Below are positions 1-13,607 of a stretch of 64,000 nucleotides of DNA, in pieces; positions within the stretch are counted from its first letter, which is position 1; every line of letters starts with the position of its first letter. The translations under genes were made by a program, and so were the position numbers. The notes beneath the pieces are model-generated. The model was not told where the DNA came from and searched no databases. It saw only the letters and a list, made by a program, of their open reading frames with translations. Source of the stretch: Octopus sinensis (taxonomy: Eukaryota); the NCBI RefSeq assembly GCF_006345805.1, contig NC_043007.1, positions 69,130,001 through 69,194,000 on the forward strand, given 5' to 3'.

Positions 1-667
1 GTATCAAATTTTGCCAAAAAGTTACCGAGACCTGCTCAGAGACCTACGTAAAGTTTTCAAAAAGTTTTCATCGTTCTCGACACAATCAAGGAGATTTTGT
101 ATAACTGAAATCCAAGTGTGTTCTTGGTCAGCTGAAAGCACAGACCTGGTAGACACGCGTCTCATACTCAAAAATTTTTTAGTGATAATGGACTGAACTG
201 AACCGTAATTAATCTGCACATCCTCTGATAACTCACGGAAAGTGATTTGACGATTTCCCCTCCGAGCTGCACGCACATCTGCGATGTTTTTCTCAGTTCT
301 GTTCGTTGCGGGACTCCCAGAACGTTCGTCAATATCGTCATTTTCTTAGCCATCTTCAAAAAGTCTGATCCACACGTACACCTATGTGCAGCTCATACAC
401 TCCTCTCCATACACATTCTGCAACTATGTGTACGCTTCTGAGCAGGTATCGCCATGACAGCTTTCTCTGTTATGGTTTATGTGACGATCACACGCTACAC
501 ACCTTCCTTCCAAGCACAGCTGTAAACAGCGGAAGTGAGCTAGGAAGTCCAAACTTAGTACCCATGTACAGCAAAGTTCAAGGTCAATCTTTGCCAAGCG
601 GCTTCACTCAGCGTTGTTTAGCATCGTCACTGCGGCAACCACCTGGATACTTATTGATCAGACCTCG
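1..667 (-). mobile_element. Mariner-family transposon relic (5' part; continues out of the window)
   Basis: The terminus reads TA|CGAGGTCTGATCAATAAGTATCC on the minus strand (TA at 668-669). Frameshifted HTH-region peptide RQITFRELSEDVQINYGSVQSIITKKFLSMRRVS...NDENFLK (ORF 22-276). Confidence 0.8.
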
Positions 668-968
668 TATAATATATGTAATATATATATATATATAAAA
701 TATAAATTAGAGATAAAACCACTATTATGCAACTCAAACAGTGATAGACATAAACCAATACATAAATAACAAATATATATATTTATAAAACATAATTTAT
801 AACTAGATCTCAAAAAATATAAAAATGAATGATCAATATATAAGTAAAAATATTACTACTCCCTAATATTATTATTATTATTATTATTATTATATTATTA
901 TTATTATTATTATTATTATATTATTATTATTATTATAATATATATGTGTATATATATATATATATATC

Positions 969-1007
<39 letters not shown>

Positions 1008-2126
1008 AAGTATATATATATATATATATATACATATACAAGCATATATATAAATGCGTATATACAAGTAAACATATATATACCAAACCAAGCATTAATA
1101 AGCGTTTGCATACATTAGCTCCTCAAATCACCATATGCTGACATTCATACTCGTGCGTGCGCGTATGTGTGTGTGTGTTTGTGTTTACTTGTTCGTACAA
1201 TAAGCCACCGGAGGGAAGGTATGGACAATTAGACAAAATATTGCTGGTCAGGATCAGATAATCCTTTAGCAAAGCTCTAGCAAACCCCTTGATGTAAATC
1301 GAAAAGGGATCATAAAGGTTTATAATCCCCTACCCTACATTTCATTATTCCGGGGAAAACGGAAGGTGTTTCAAACATTTTATTTTCTCTTGAACTGGGT
1401 GTAAAAAAAATCGTTAGATTGTTTAAGGGGTGTTTAAGGAGTTGTCTGAGAGTAGGATGATAGGGTGAACTAGCTGTAGAATTTAAGGCGCAGGATGTAG
1501 AGGTGTAGGGCTGTTGAGTGTACGTGGTTTATTTACTTATACAGAAGATAGACCTTACGTTTGGTGGCGGGACAGCGACGATGACGGGGATTAAGAAGAA
1601 GAAGAAGAAGAAGAATGAGGAGGAAAGGGTGGTGGAGGAGGAGAAATGATGATGATGATGATGACGACGACGACGACGACTAGGAGGAGGGCGAGTGAGG
1701 GAGGAGGAGGGACGAGGAGGAGGGGAGGAGGGAAGAGGAGGAGTGAGTGAGGAGGAGGAGGGGGAGGAGGAGAATGAGGAGGAGGAGGAGGGGAGGGGGA
1801 GGAGGAGGATGTCGGCAACCGCAACAACAATAATGATAGTCATTTCTGCTCTAGACAAAAGTCCTGAAATTAATTGTTGGGGGGGGAAAGCGGCCAATTG
1901 ATTAATTACATCAACCTCAGTATTCTACTCGTACTTATTTCATCGAACCCCGAAAGGATGAAAGAGGAAGTCAACAACCTCAGCGGAATTTGAACCCCAG
2001 AACGTAAAGTCGGGGAAAATGCTACTAAACATTTTTGTCCAGCGTGTTAAACAACAACAACAACAACAGCGTTAATGGTTTCAAATTTTTGCACAAAGCC
2101 ATGAGTTTTAGAGATGGCGATTAATT

Positions 2127-2452
2127 CTAAAGACTCCGCCGGTTACGACAACGAGGGTCCCAGCTGATACGATCAACGGAACAGCTTGCTCGTGAAATTA
2201 ACGTGCAAATGGCTGAGCATTCCACAGACACGTGTACCCTTAACGTAGTTCTCGGGGATAATCAGCGTGACACAGAGAGTGACCAGGCTGACCCTTTGAA
2301 ATACAAGTACAACTCATTTTTGCCAGCTGAGTGGACTGGAGCAACGTGAAATAAAGTGTCTTGCTCAAGGACACAACGCGTCGCCGGGAATCGAACTCAC
2401 AACCTTACGATCATGAGCCGAATGCCCTAACCACTAAGCCACGCGCCCTCAC
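2127..2452 (-). mobile_element. tRNA-derived SINE, family B (young)
   Basis: A-box TGGCTTAGTGG and B-box GTTCGATTCC, followed by TGTGTCCTTGAGCAAGACACTTT. 12-bp TSD tggcgattaatt at 2115-2126 and 2453-2464. Confidence 0.9.
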
Positions 2453-2663
2453 TGGCGATTAATTGAAACATAGGTTGAGTATTTCAACAGAGACATAGTA
2501 AGAAATGTATTTGATGATGCAACTAAGTTACCGAGATTTCGTAGAGGACTTCAGCCGATCGATCGTCGTTTTGTGTTCACGGGGAGGTAAGGTAAAATGT
2601 CCTGTAGCCACTACTAAAGCTGCCACAAAATTATGTTAGTCATCGCTATCAAGAGTAACATAT

Positions 2664-2899
2664 TACCTATTTCTTTATTACCCACAAGGGGCTAAACACA
2701 GAGGGGACAAACAAGGACAGACATAGGTATTAAGTCGATTACATCGACCCCAGTGCGTAACTGGTACTTAATTTATCGACCCCGAAAGGATGAAAGGCAA
2801 AGTCGACCTCGGCGGAATTTGAACTCACAACGTAACGCAGACGAAATACAGCTAAGCATTTCGCCCGGCGTGCTAACGTTTCTGCCAGCTCGCCGCCTT
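2664..2899 (-). mobile_element. tRNA-derived SINE, family A (central domain resembles the Nin/Deu type)
   Basis: GGCGAGCTGGCAGAAACGTTAGCACGCCGGGCGAAATG...GAGTTCAAATTCCGCCGAGGTCGACTTTGCCTTTCATCCTTTCGGGGTCGATAAATTAAGTACCAG. Dozens of related copies occur across the window. Confidence 0.85.
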
Positions 2900-3195
2900 T
2901 ACCATCAGTTTAGAGATAAGGACTGAAGTCGATTTTATAGACATCCAAAATTTGAAACCAATATCCCTACTACCACCAGACCACCACCACCTCAACGTTT
3001 ATTTAATATGCTAATACTATATCCGCTACCATTATCTGAAACACAAACCGTGTCATCACCTCCTGAAACTTCTCTGCAGCAACTCATCCACCTTCACCAC
3101 TGTCCAAATTACACTATTTCCCCCATCATCAACATTACAACCGCTGCTGTAGCCAAATACTACGGCTAATATCACCACCACCTCCAACAACAACA

Positions 3196-3390
3196 TGTGG
3201 AGACGCAATGGCCCAGTGGTTAGGGCAGCAGACACGCGGTTGTATGAACGCGCTTTCGATTCCCAGACCGGGCATTGTGAGTGTTTATTGAGCAAAAACA
3301 CCTAAGTTCCACGAGGCTCCGGCGGAGGAGGCTGGTGAACCCCGCTGTACACTTTCACCACAACTTTCTCTCGCTCTTTCTTCCTACTTC
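3196..3390 (+). mobile_element. tRNA-derived SINE, family D (degenerate)
   Basis: TGGCCCAGTGGTTAGGGCAGC (A-box), TTCGATTCCC (B-box), then ttgagcaaaaacacctaa. Confidence 0.6.
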
Positions 3391-3954
3391 TTCCACAAAG
3401 CAGAGGAACCATGGTGTAACCCACTATGGTGTGGTAAACTTTCAGACCCTAGTCTAGATTGCGAATCATCTGTACCCCAGGATGGTTCAGCTCTCCACCC
3501 GTTAAAAGCCACCGTTTACGGAATGAGGATAACAACGTAGCTTTCGCGCCCGTGCAACCGCCAGTCTGTCGCGTGTGGTGAGTGGATCTTCAAGTTGCCA
3601 CACGCATTCTTAGTAGCTTAGAGTAGGCTCGAATTAGAGAATATTATTCTTTGTGGCTAATGGCGTGGGTCCTGATTGGAAGAAGAAGAACAACAACAAC
3701 AACCATCACCGACAACACCTCTCCCAATCTCATCATCATTACCATCGCTACCAGCAACAACGCCATCTCTACCACCGCCATTACCAACAATATCCCCATC
3801 ACTACCACCACCATCGTCATCACACTCACCACTACCATCATCATTACCACCACCACCATCACCTCCAACAACTATGTCCCAGCCACCACAACTACCATCG
3901 CTACTGCCGCCGCTGGCATCATTACCACTACAATTACTACCATCACTACTACTA

Positions 3955-3992
<38 letters not shown>

Positions 3993-4157
3993 ACTACTAC
4001 TACTACTACTACCGTTTAACGAAAGTTCGATGAGATCAAGTGTATTGAAATTTATGTGGATACGCGTGTATATTAATGTGTGTGTATGTGTGTTTGTTTT
4101 CCTTTGTATGTGTATATTAGTGTGTGTGTGTGTATGCGCGCGCGAGCATTCGCGCGT

Positions 4158-4206
<49 letters not shown>

Positions 4207-4488
4207 AAGGAGTTAACGTTGGGTGAAGCGTAACCAAATATCAGTTCAAGCAAAGCATGACAAGTGGCCTGTTCACGGTTCGGCTCAAATACCTTCAATA
4301 TTTGTTGCGGTTCTCAGTCATACGTGACCTCATCTAAACCCCGCTCCCCATCTTTTGCGGTCGCATCATTTGCCTTTGTAAATTGATTAGAATTACGCAC
4401 TTTACGCTATAAACATTCATATTTTGCATATAATTACAACATAAAGGTAAACATTCGTACACAAATCTGTCTGTCTATCTATCTATCT

Positions 4489-4572
<84 letters not shown>

Positions 4573-4590
4573 TATATATATAGATATATG

Positions 4591-4623
<33 letters not shown>

Positions 4624-4741
4624 CTATATATATATATATATATATATATAGCAGCTAGCTATCCATCCATTTATTTATCTGTCTATCTATCTATCTATCT
4701 ACTATCTATCTATCTATCTATCTATCTACTATCTATCTATC

Positions 4742-4772
<31 letters not shown>

Positions 4773-4793
4773 CTATCTATCGCTCTCTCTCTC

Positions 4794-4834
<41 letters not shown>

Positions 4835-5631
4835 CATAGATAAACAGACAGGCTGAGAACAGAGATTAGTTTAATATGCATGTAGGTAGCATGTATGTAT
4901 GCATATATGTGTGTAGGTATCTATGTATGTATGTGTGTATGTATGTATTATGTATGTATGTATGTATGTATGTATGTATGAATGATATGTCCTTGGTATG
5001 ACTGCATCGAGTAGTCGAGCCCTGGTACGAGAGTTCCAGGGTTTTGAGGGCTGTGGAGCCACATCGTAGCCTCTGTTCTCAAATCTACACTGGTGAAGTG
5101 AAGAAACCCTTGGTCTCGTTAGAACTTCCTTCTCGGAGAAGGCAAACTGGTAAATAAAACCTAAAATGCAGTTCGTTTCTGCTCATCTCAAAATCTGTTG
5201 CGCCAACAAATTGCACCAATCTAGCTCACACACACGGGTGTTTTCTGGACTCTTTTAAGGTTTACACGTACTTAATGCATTTAGGAAGTAGTCTTCCCAG
5301 CTCACGAGTTTACTACCATCATATATGTATGTATGTATGTATGTATTTTTAAGTATGTATGTATGTATGTATGTATGTATACATGCATGTATGTATGTGT
5401 ATGAGTAAGTAAACAGTCGTTTCTGTCATCTGTAAAGACGTTTCTATATGCATTTCTCATCAGTATAGCTTATGGGCGGTTATATTTAATATTATTAATT
5501 AATTACTCGGCATGGGAACCGGAAAGAAAGGAGAGGCGTGTGTTCTGGCAGAATCGTTAGAACGCCTGGCAAAATGTTTAGCACCCCTTCTTTCACTTTC
5601 CCTCTCCCTGTCTCTGTCTGTCTGTCTTTCT

Positions 5632-5672
<41 letters not shown>

Positions 5673-5678
5673 TATATA

Positions 5679-5720
<42 letters not shown>

Positions 5721-6194
5721 CAATATAATACATAATATGATAATATAAAATATGATATAATAGAAAGCGACGAGCTAACAGAATCGTTAACATGGCGGGC
5801 GAAATACTTTGCGACATTTCGTCCGTCTTCACATTCTGAGTTCACACTCTCCGAGGTTACCCTTGCCTTTCATCCTTTAGGGGTTGATAGAATAAGTACC
5901 ATGTAGTCGACTAACCACTTTCCTTGGAAATTCTGGCCTAGTGCTATAATTTGAAATCAATAATGTTATTGAATTTAATTAATTTATATCAGAGTTGAAT
6001 ATAATTGTTTTCTATTCCGCATACCAAAGTGCAAGCATAGCCATGGAAACACATGCGTACGCATTGACAAGCATAATTATATACACGCGCACATGCACAC
6101 ACATTGCTCTATTGTTCTATAGAATATATCTATAGAATTTTTTTACTTAATGCTCGATGTTATAACGAATAACCAATAAGTCTGTATACACAAT

Positions 6195-6520
6195 AGGAGC
6201 ACTCCGTCGGTTACGACGACGAGGGTCCCAGCTGATACGATCAACGGAACAGTTTGCTCACGAAATTAACGTGCAAGTGGTTGAGCATTCCACAGACACG
6301 TGTACCCTTAACGTAGTTCTCAAGGAGATTCAGCGTGACACAGAGTGTGACAAGGCTGGCTCTTTTGAAATACAGGTACTACTCATTTTTGCTGGCTGAG
6401 TGGACTAGAGCAACGTGAAATAAAGTGTCTTGCTCAAGGACACAACGTGTCGCGGGGAATCGAACTCACAACTTTACAATCACGAGCCGAATGCCCTAAC
6501 CACTAAGCCACGCGCCCTCA
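6195..6520 (-). mobile_element. tRNA-derived SINE, family B
   Basis: Homologous to 2127-2452. 13-bp TSD ctgtatacacaat at 6182-6194 and 6521-6533. Confidence 0.9.
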
Positions 6521-6953
6521 CTGTATACACAATGAAAATAAACACTTGACGCGCACAAGTAAATTTGTGTGTGTGTATGTGTGTGTGTGTGTGTGTATAC
6601 AAGACCGCTATATATTCACACTGTTTGCAAGAAACAGCTGACAAATTTCCCTTAAATAACAATTTAACGCACGTCTGGAAGAAAAGAAGAAGCGGAAAAT
6701 CACATTCTACAATGTAGTTCACGATACACTTTGTCTAATCTAAAATATAGATGAGATAGGAACAAATGAAGGAAACAAATAGAAAAAAAAAAGAAAGACC
6801 GGTCGAACTCTTTTTCATCATAGGTCTGCTATACATCGCAGATGACCTGGGAACCCGACCAACCACAATACAAACATTAAGTTCACAGAAAGATCAGACA
6901 CGTGAAACATAAAACATTGCTCGTTTTCATTTCCTTCACCCTCTTCTCCCTCT

Positions 6954-7042
<89 letters not shown>

Positions 7043-7429
7043 TTCTCCCCCTTTCTTTCACGCATGATCTCCGATCCTAAATCAATCTAATTACGTTTTC
7101 TCATTAAAAATTAATTATAAATGTTAGCAGTTATTTTTGTACTTTTATAATTAAATTCATTCGCGTCTCGTGTTGATCACGTCTTGATTTATTTTTTTTT
7201 CGTTTTTATTAATAATTTACTTGTTCTTGTTGTTACCGTTGTTGTTTAGCTATGAGGTCAATCTGGAATGAAGCGGACCTCTGATCAAAGTCATTCCAAC
7301 CGTAAAGATCCTTTGTTATTTTTTTTTTTAAGGCCATCTAGGACTGCATTAACTTATGTAGCAGTACCATTATTTTGTTTTATTTTAAGATAATGGAGTA
7401 ATGTTTGAGAAATTAATTTGATTAGAAAG

Positions 7430-8180
7430 ATAATGGTTTCTAATTTAGGGGCACAACGCCAGCAATTTCTGGGGGAATTAGACTGGTAGATACTATCAAC
7501 TATAGTATTACAGTGGCATTTTATTTTATCGAACTCTAGACATAAGCAGCCGGAATAAGTATTAGTTTCAGATGTTGGCACCAGGCCAGCAATTTCGAGG
7601 AAGTGGATAAGCCGATAACATCGACCACAGTGCTTAACTGGTATTTATTTTATGGAACCAGAAAGGATGAAAAGCAAAGTCGACCTCAGTGGATTTTGAA
7701 CTCAGAACATAATGATGGACGAAATATCGCTAAGCATTTTGCCCGGCGTGCAAATGATTCTGGCTGCTCGCCGCTTTTTTGTTTTCTAGAAATTCATAAC
7801 GATTTCAAATTTTGGCAGGGGTAGGTCTATCAAATTGACACCAGAGCTCAACTGGTACTTATTTTATTGATCCCGAAAGTATGAAAGGTAAAGTCGACCT
7901 CGGCGAATTTTGAATTCAGAACGCAAAAAATGGACGAAATGCTGCTAAGTATTTCAACCGGTGGGCTAACGATTCTGCCAACTTGCTGCTTTAACTGGAA
8001 TAAATTACTGCCAGGATTTTTTTGACTCTCTAATGAGAGTTGAATGTTTAGTTCAATATTTCAAATTTTGGCACAAGGCCAGCAAATGTCGAGGGAGGTG
8101 TTAATTCACTGACCCCAGTACTTGACTGTTAATTAACACTATTGCCCTTCGTTGGGTGAGAGACGAACTACACCTCGGCG
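7430..8180 (-). repeat. Cluster of degenerate family-A SINE copies, all on the minus strand
   Basis: Repeated ggtttcaaattttggcac / aaagtcgacctcggcggaatttgaactcagaac motifs. Confidence 0.75.
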
Positions 8181-8890
8181 GAACGTAGAGAGCTGAATTA
8201 TATAACGCAACTCACTATCAATTCTCACCGCCCTAATGATTATAAGGATAATTGTATATGTATATGTATACAATTCTGTCAGTAAACAGGTCGCGGTCTC
8301 AAAGCGATGAAAATATTTTGACAAATTAAATGTAAATATTGAAGTGAATCTTGTGTGCTTCTTAAATGGCTTATAAACACCTTCCACGCTGCAATTGTTT
8401 TCGTTCCAGCACATGATCTCGGATCAGGTCACTTGCTATATATGTATAAATGTATATATAACACGTAATCGAATGTCTTATGAGTTCATTCACGCTTTGA
8501 CAGGCCTTGCTTATCATACTGCAAGGTGTCCAAAAGCCATCTTATTCACCAAGCACGCTTTTTGGTGTTGCCGGTTTAGTTGCTGACGGTCCAAGCAACA
8601 GGTTGTCCTGGGTTGCATGTTACCTGTTGCACTCAAGAGTCAATTATGTGTATTTATATATTCGGATACATAGCTATCCTAGTTACTAACCATTAGCTAT
8701 AACATAACTTTGTTCGGCTTATCGAACTTCGACATAGGAAAAATTTACAACCTTCTACACCAATAAACCACTATTGTTTCCGAAAGTTATTTTTTTATAA
8801 CTTGTACGGACTGCTCGAAGCTTACTAGCGTCCTACATCTAGATTCTTGGATCTTACATTGACATATCATTATGTGTGTGCGCGCGTGCG

Positions 8891-8950
<60 letters not shown>

Positions 8951-9017
8951 TGCTAGCATGAGTAATAACGAAATCAACCAAATAGTGGTATTTTGAAATC
9001 GCCAACAACAATAATAG

Positions 9018-9440
9018 CGGTTTCAAAATTTGACACAAGGGCAGCAACTTTAGGTGAAGGATTACAACGACCCCAGTGTTCAACTGGTACTTATTTTATC
9101 GACCCTGAAAGGATGAAATGTAAAGTCGACGTGGCGGAATTTGAACTCAGAACGTAATACGGGCGAAATGCTGCTAAACATTTTGCCCGGCATGCTAACG
9201 ATTCTTATTTCTTTATTGCCCACAAGGGGCTAAACATAGAGTGGACAAACAAGGGCAGACAAAGGGATTAAGTCGATTGGATCGACCCCAGTGCGTAACT
9301 GGTACTTAATTTATCGACCCCGAAAGGATGAAATGTAAAGTCGACGTCGGCGGAATTTGAACTCAGAACGTAGGGTCGGACGAAATACGGCTAAGCATTT
9401 CGCCCGGCGTGCTAACGATTCTGCCAGCTCACCGCCTTCG
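9018..9440 (-). mobile_element. Two abutting family-A SINEs just downstream of the Wnt2 9515 exon
   Basis: Two successive copies of ttatcgaccc.gaaaggatgaaatgtaaagtcgacgt...gaactcagaacgta (about 9018-9204 and 9205-9440). Confidence 0.85.
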
Positions 9441-9514
9441 TCAACAACAAAAATAACAACGACAAAAAAAAACAAAAAACAGCAGCTGCAGCGAATCACA
9501 AAATCAATTCTTAC

Positions 9515-9779
9515 CAATTTCAAGATCTCTGACACAATAATCGGGTGATGACTCGAAATAGACGAGATCAGACCTGGTCGGTCGCTTGTGGTCTTTGTTG
9601 GCCACAATAAGTCCAGTACCTTCTTGGTTCATCATTACTTGTACAGCACCATTGTATTTGTTTTTGAGGTAGTCGCCAACTCTACGGAATTCCATCATCG
9701 CAGACCAGCATGTACGTATGGAACAGGAACCCGAAACTCCATGGCACTTGCATTCCAGCTTCATGAAGCGTTTTACTGC
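9515..9779 (-). CDS. Wnt2: Wnt2 internal coding exon (equivalent to vertebrate WNT2 exon 4), containing the palmitoleoylated Ser motif KCHGVSGSC
   Basis: ttctggag|GCA GTA AAA CGC..., giving [89 protein letters not shown]|gtaag. 265 bp and in frame with the 12756 exon. KYNGA.QV.MNQ.GTG and DLVYFE.SPDYC are Wnt2-like. The 5' boundary is ambiguous (see findings). Confidence 0.93.
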
Positions 9780-10186
9780 CTCCAGAAGAGAAGAATAAAC
9801 ATGCTATCAGTGAAGGGAAAACGTTGCGTGGGGAGAGGAAATAATGTCTTACATGATAATACAGGCATGGTCACGTATTGTCTATAAAATTCACACACAC
9901 CATACATACATACATACATACATACATACATACATACATACATACATACATACATACATACAACGAACGAAACAAACGGAAAATGCACACATACAATGTC
10001 GCTAAATCTTTATTAGTTATAGTCCAAAGGATCATAACAATTTCCTACCAATCCTTTGAACTGATGAGGATCAAGGGACATTCTATGTGTATTTTCCGTT
10101 TGTTCCGTTTTTTTGTGTTTCTCTATAATTTTTGAACATGTTATTTTATATAATGCCACGCACGTTCTCATTTTATAACTATTCTG

Positions 10187-10350
<164 letters not shown>

Positions 10351-10356
10351 TAGATA

Positions 10357-11872
10357 TATTGAACTACAAAAGACACGTTGCACTGTAAAAGATTATTTGT
10401 TTCACACACGATATTGAGATTACATGGATTTTGTCACATTTCTAGATAATTTGACATCAGGAAGATGTCACTGACCCACAACACCATTCTCTTTTGAAAA
10501 CACAAGGATTGCATGCAGAATTCGAACTCGCTCACTCTTCGTGAACATGGTAATGCTCGCAAACGCATCTTTATGAAAAGCATGACGGACGTGCTAAACG
10601 TTGACTCATTGGGTATAAAAGCCTGTCGTTCGTTTCCCGGACGCAGCAAGCATGCCAAGACTGACACGAAATCAGAGGGAGCAAGCCATCGGACGTCTCT
10701 ATACTGGGCGATACGTCCATAGGTCATTGCTAATGACTTGATCTGCAGTATTCGGACAATTGAGCGGCTTAGGGAACGATACAACGCCACAAAGAGCACG
10801 GATGATCGTCCACGCAGTGGTTGACCATGGGTTACAGCGGCACGTCAAAATCGTCACCTGCACCGACAGCACTTGCAGGACTGATTCCGGAGGGCAACGG
10901 TATCAGCTGGACAGACCATAGGGACTCACCGCAGACGCATCTGTGCAGAGACAGTTCGCCATCAGCTGAAATCTTTTAATGTCCTGTCGACGTCCGGTTA
11001 GGGGCACCATCCTCACAGATCGTCATCGACGGGCACGTTTGCTGTGGGCTCAAAAACGTCAGAACTGGCGATATAAGCAGTGGAGGACTGTAGTCTTCTC
11101 TGACGTTGGTCGATATTGCATTTCTGTGGCAGATGGCAGAGCTAGGGTTTGAAGAAGAAGGGAACGTCATGTCAAGGGCTGTGTGGTGGAGAGAGACTCA
11201 TGGGGAAGACAGAGCCTCATAGTATGAGGTGGAGTTGCACTCAACCAGAAACTTGGACCGGTAGTCTTCCAAAACATAGGCCAAGACCGGGGCAATGGAG
11301 TAACCGTTGTCGCTACATCGACCAAGTAAGTGTTGATGCCTCACATCGTGACATACTGTGCCCGTCATCGGAATCACGTGTTCCAACACGACAACGCCCG
11401 CGCCCATACTGCCAGCTTGACAACAGACTTCTTCCAACAGCACAGCATACAGATACTGCCATGTCCTTCCCTACGTCCGGACTGGAACCCCATAGAGCAC
11501 CTGTGGGACGAAATCCAAAGAAGGCCAAATGACATCTGTCCAAGGCCAACAACTGCAGTGCAACTCACTGCAAGCTTTAACAGTATGTACGCTGCTATCC
11601 CCATGGCCTTCATCTATCGTTTGGTGCATTCAATGTACAGAAATGCCTAGCTAACCGTGGTCACACGAGATATTGAGTTCATCTCTTTGTATCAAGGACG
11701 CTCCGTCATCACGTGACACCATGTGACGTCAAACATATTTCAGAAAAGGACGTTTTATCATTAGGAAACAACGGTGTCTTAATTAGCACTCTTCAGTCAA
11801 TGCTATGGCAGTCTGTTAACAAACCGGTTTATAGTTAGTATTGTGTGCAACGTTTCTTTTGTGGTTCAATTT
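10357..11872 (+). mobile_element. Full-length but decayed Tc1-family transposon inside the Wnt2 intron
   Basis: TIRs attgaactacaaaagacacgttgcac (from 10358) and gtgcaacgtttcttttgtggttcaat (to 11870) match at 24/26 and sit in TA context. Length about 1.5 kb. Confidence 0.9.
11330..11650 (+). pseudogene. Tc1 DD34E transposase remnant (C-terminal catalytic part)
   Basis: VFQHDNARAHTA...PCPSLRPDWNPIEHLWDEI matches the Tc1 FQQDNAP.H...WP..SPDLNPIE.LW motif. Upstream parts are broken by stops and frameshifts. Confidence 0.9.
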
Positions 11873-11884
11873 TATATATATATA

Positions 11885-11938
<54 letters not shown>

Positions 11939-12755
11939 ATATATATTATACATACATACATACATACATACATACAAACAGACAGACAGACAGACATATT
12001 ATATTCACATACACATATATATTCTAATGTGGAAAGAAATAGTGCAGTAAGTATATTGTATTATACACATTTGTGTAAACGAATGCGCTGCTCAAAGTGC
12101 ACTACGTCGCATTGCTTTCGAATTATGTCACCTTGTTAGGTCGGCGGGCAGGTGGACATTTCCACTGAACGGAACGCCGGTTCTTCCTATGGTTAGCTGT
12201 ATACAGCTCAGTGGACTGAACCTACCTGAATTGAAGTGTTTTACTTTATGCACAACGCAAAGCCGGACTGGGAATAGAAACACCCTAACCACTAAGCCAC
12301 GCGCCTTCACACAAAGACACACAGATATATGCAGAATGAGATGAGGGGGAGAGTCAGTCAGGTAGACAGAGATAAAAAGACAAAATAGGTACATCAAATA
12401 CCATACAATACAAATTACTGATATATTGAAATTATCTTTGCCTCTATAGGATGCGTCACAATTGCCAAATAGCAATAAAGATCAACTGCATATGAGATAG
12501 GGAGGTATCGCCAAGAAAGAAAATCAGGAATTTATGTTGTATGGTATTTGATACTCCTGCATTTGACCATATTATTCAAATACATGCCACTGACCACTCC
12601 TTTTGTTAATATATAAATATATGCCTCTATGTATTCAGACATGTTTGTACATCTATATACATAGTAGATGGTCTTGTAAAGTGTTTGCCCTGAATAGGTT
12701 TTGGTGAAGTATAAAGTTAAACACAAAATAAATGTAGAAAGAGATCATATCTTAC

Positions 12756-13033
12756 CCTCCTCCCAGCTCTGTTGTTATGTAGATTCATTAGCGCTCTGGC
12801 ATCACGAACTTTTTTTTCTCGCGCATCAATAAACATTCGTGAAAAGTCGCTCCCGTAGCGCACGTTGTCACTGCAGCCTCCCCATTCAAAATTGCCTTTT
12901 TTATCACGTCCTTTGCCCATTTTTGTTGGATCACAAGAACAGTCCCGCAACGTCCCTTTACTACAGGCTCGTGTGATTGCATGCACTACAGCAGAAGAAG
13001 ATATGGCGTATACGAATGCAGCCTCTCGGCTTC
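12756..13033 (-). CDS. Wnt2: Wnt2 internal coding exon (equivalent to vertebrate WNT2 exon 3)
   Basis: The minus strand reads tttatttcag|GA AGC CGA GAG..., giving [92 protein letters not shown]|gtaaga. 278 bp, phase 1 to phase 0. Wnt motifs are present (CSCD, WGGCSDN, MNLHNN.AGR), and [15 protein letters not shown] is Wnt2-type. Confidence 0.95.
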
Positions 13034-13607
13034 CTGAAATAAATAGATACCAATGAAAAAAATCTGAAAGACAAATGTTGAATTATAACAAAAAAAATTA
13101 ATAAACCAAGTGAGATTTAATGAATGGTAGAATTAAGGGTAAATATGCGGTTTTGTGGGTTTAAAAAGTGAACGTAAAATGCAGGATCTACCGGCAGTGA
13201 AATCTGATAATTTCATGTAAACAATCTATGGAGAATTGTTAGAAACAACACAACCACTTCCTGTCGGTTTTTTTAAAACTGTATTATTTCATTGTTTACA
13301 TGTAACAGAGTTGGCTATCATTTGTCGACATCGACATGCAGGCGAACGAATTGCATTTTCAGTGGTATTCATTGCTACACTTAGTACATTGAACGATGTG
13401 ACTCAGTCGCCATTTCTGAACTTCAGACATCACTAGAAGACACTATACTAGAGGGTACTTGTACTCTCGGCAAATGGGGGGATTTTATTAACAAAACCCA
13501 GGGATTTCACCAGTTCTATATATTTGATTATTGGATGTCAATGTCGTCACTTCTAGTCAATTTACTTCCATTTTCATTAATCCATTAACCAGTGTATTAA
13601 CTGAATT

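Noticed and set aside
2380-2452. tRNA gene (A and B boxes present)
   Set aside because: It is the head of a TSD-flanked, multi-copy SINE and no complete cloverleaf is evident.
3644-4298. Overlapping poly-T, poly-H, poly-S and poly-L ORFs
   Set aside because: Trinucleotide microsatellites open in several frames. The same applies at 1.5-1.9, 15.0-15.6, 19.7-20.3, 25.3-26, 35.6-37.7, 56.6 and 60.5 kb.
4990-5200. Possible RTE 5' region with an HDV-like ribozyme (ggagaaggcaaact…aaacc)
   Set aside because: I could not assemble the nested double pseudoknot by eye, so it is left uncalled.
8395-8586. ORF ending HAFWCCRFSC, resembling the Wnt C-terminal FHWCC
   Set aside because: It is on the wrong strand for this Wnt2 and lacks GT.GR.C and CCGRG. 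The resemblance is coincidental.
10055-10110. CTGATGAGGATC as a hammerhead start
   Set aside because: There is no closing stem II or GAAA downstream.
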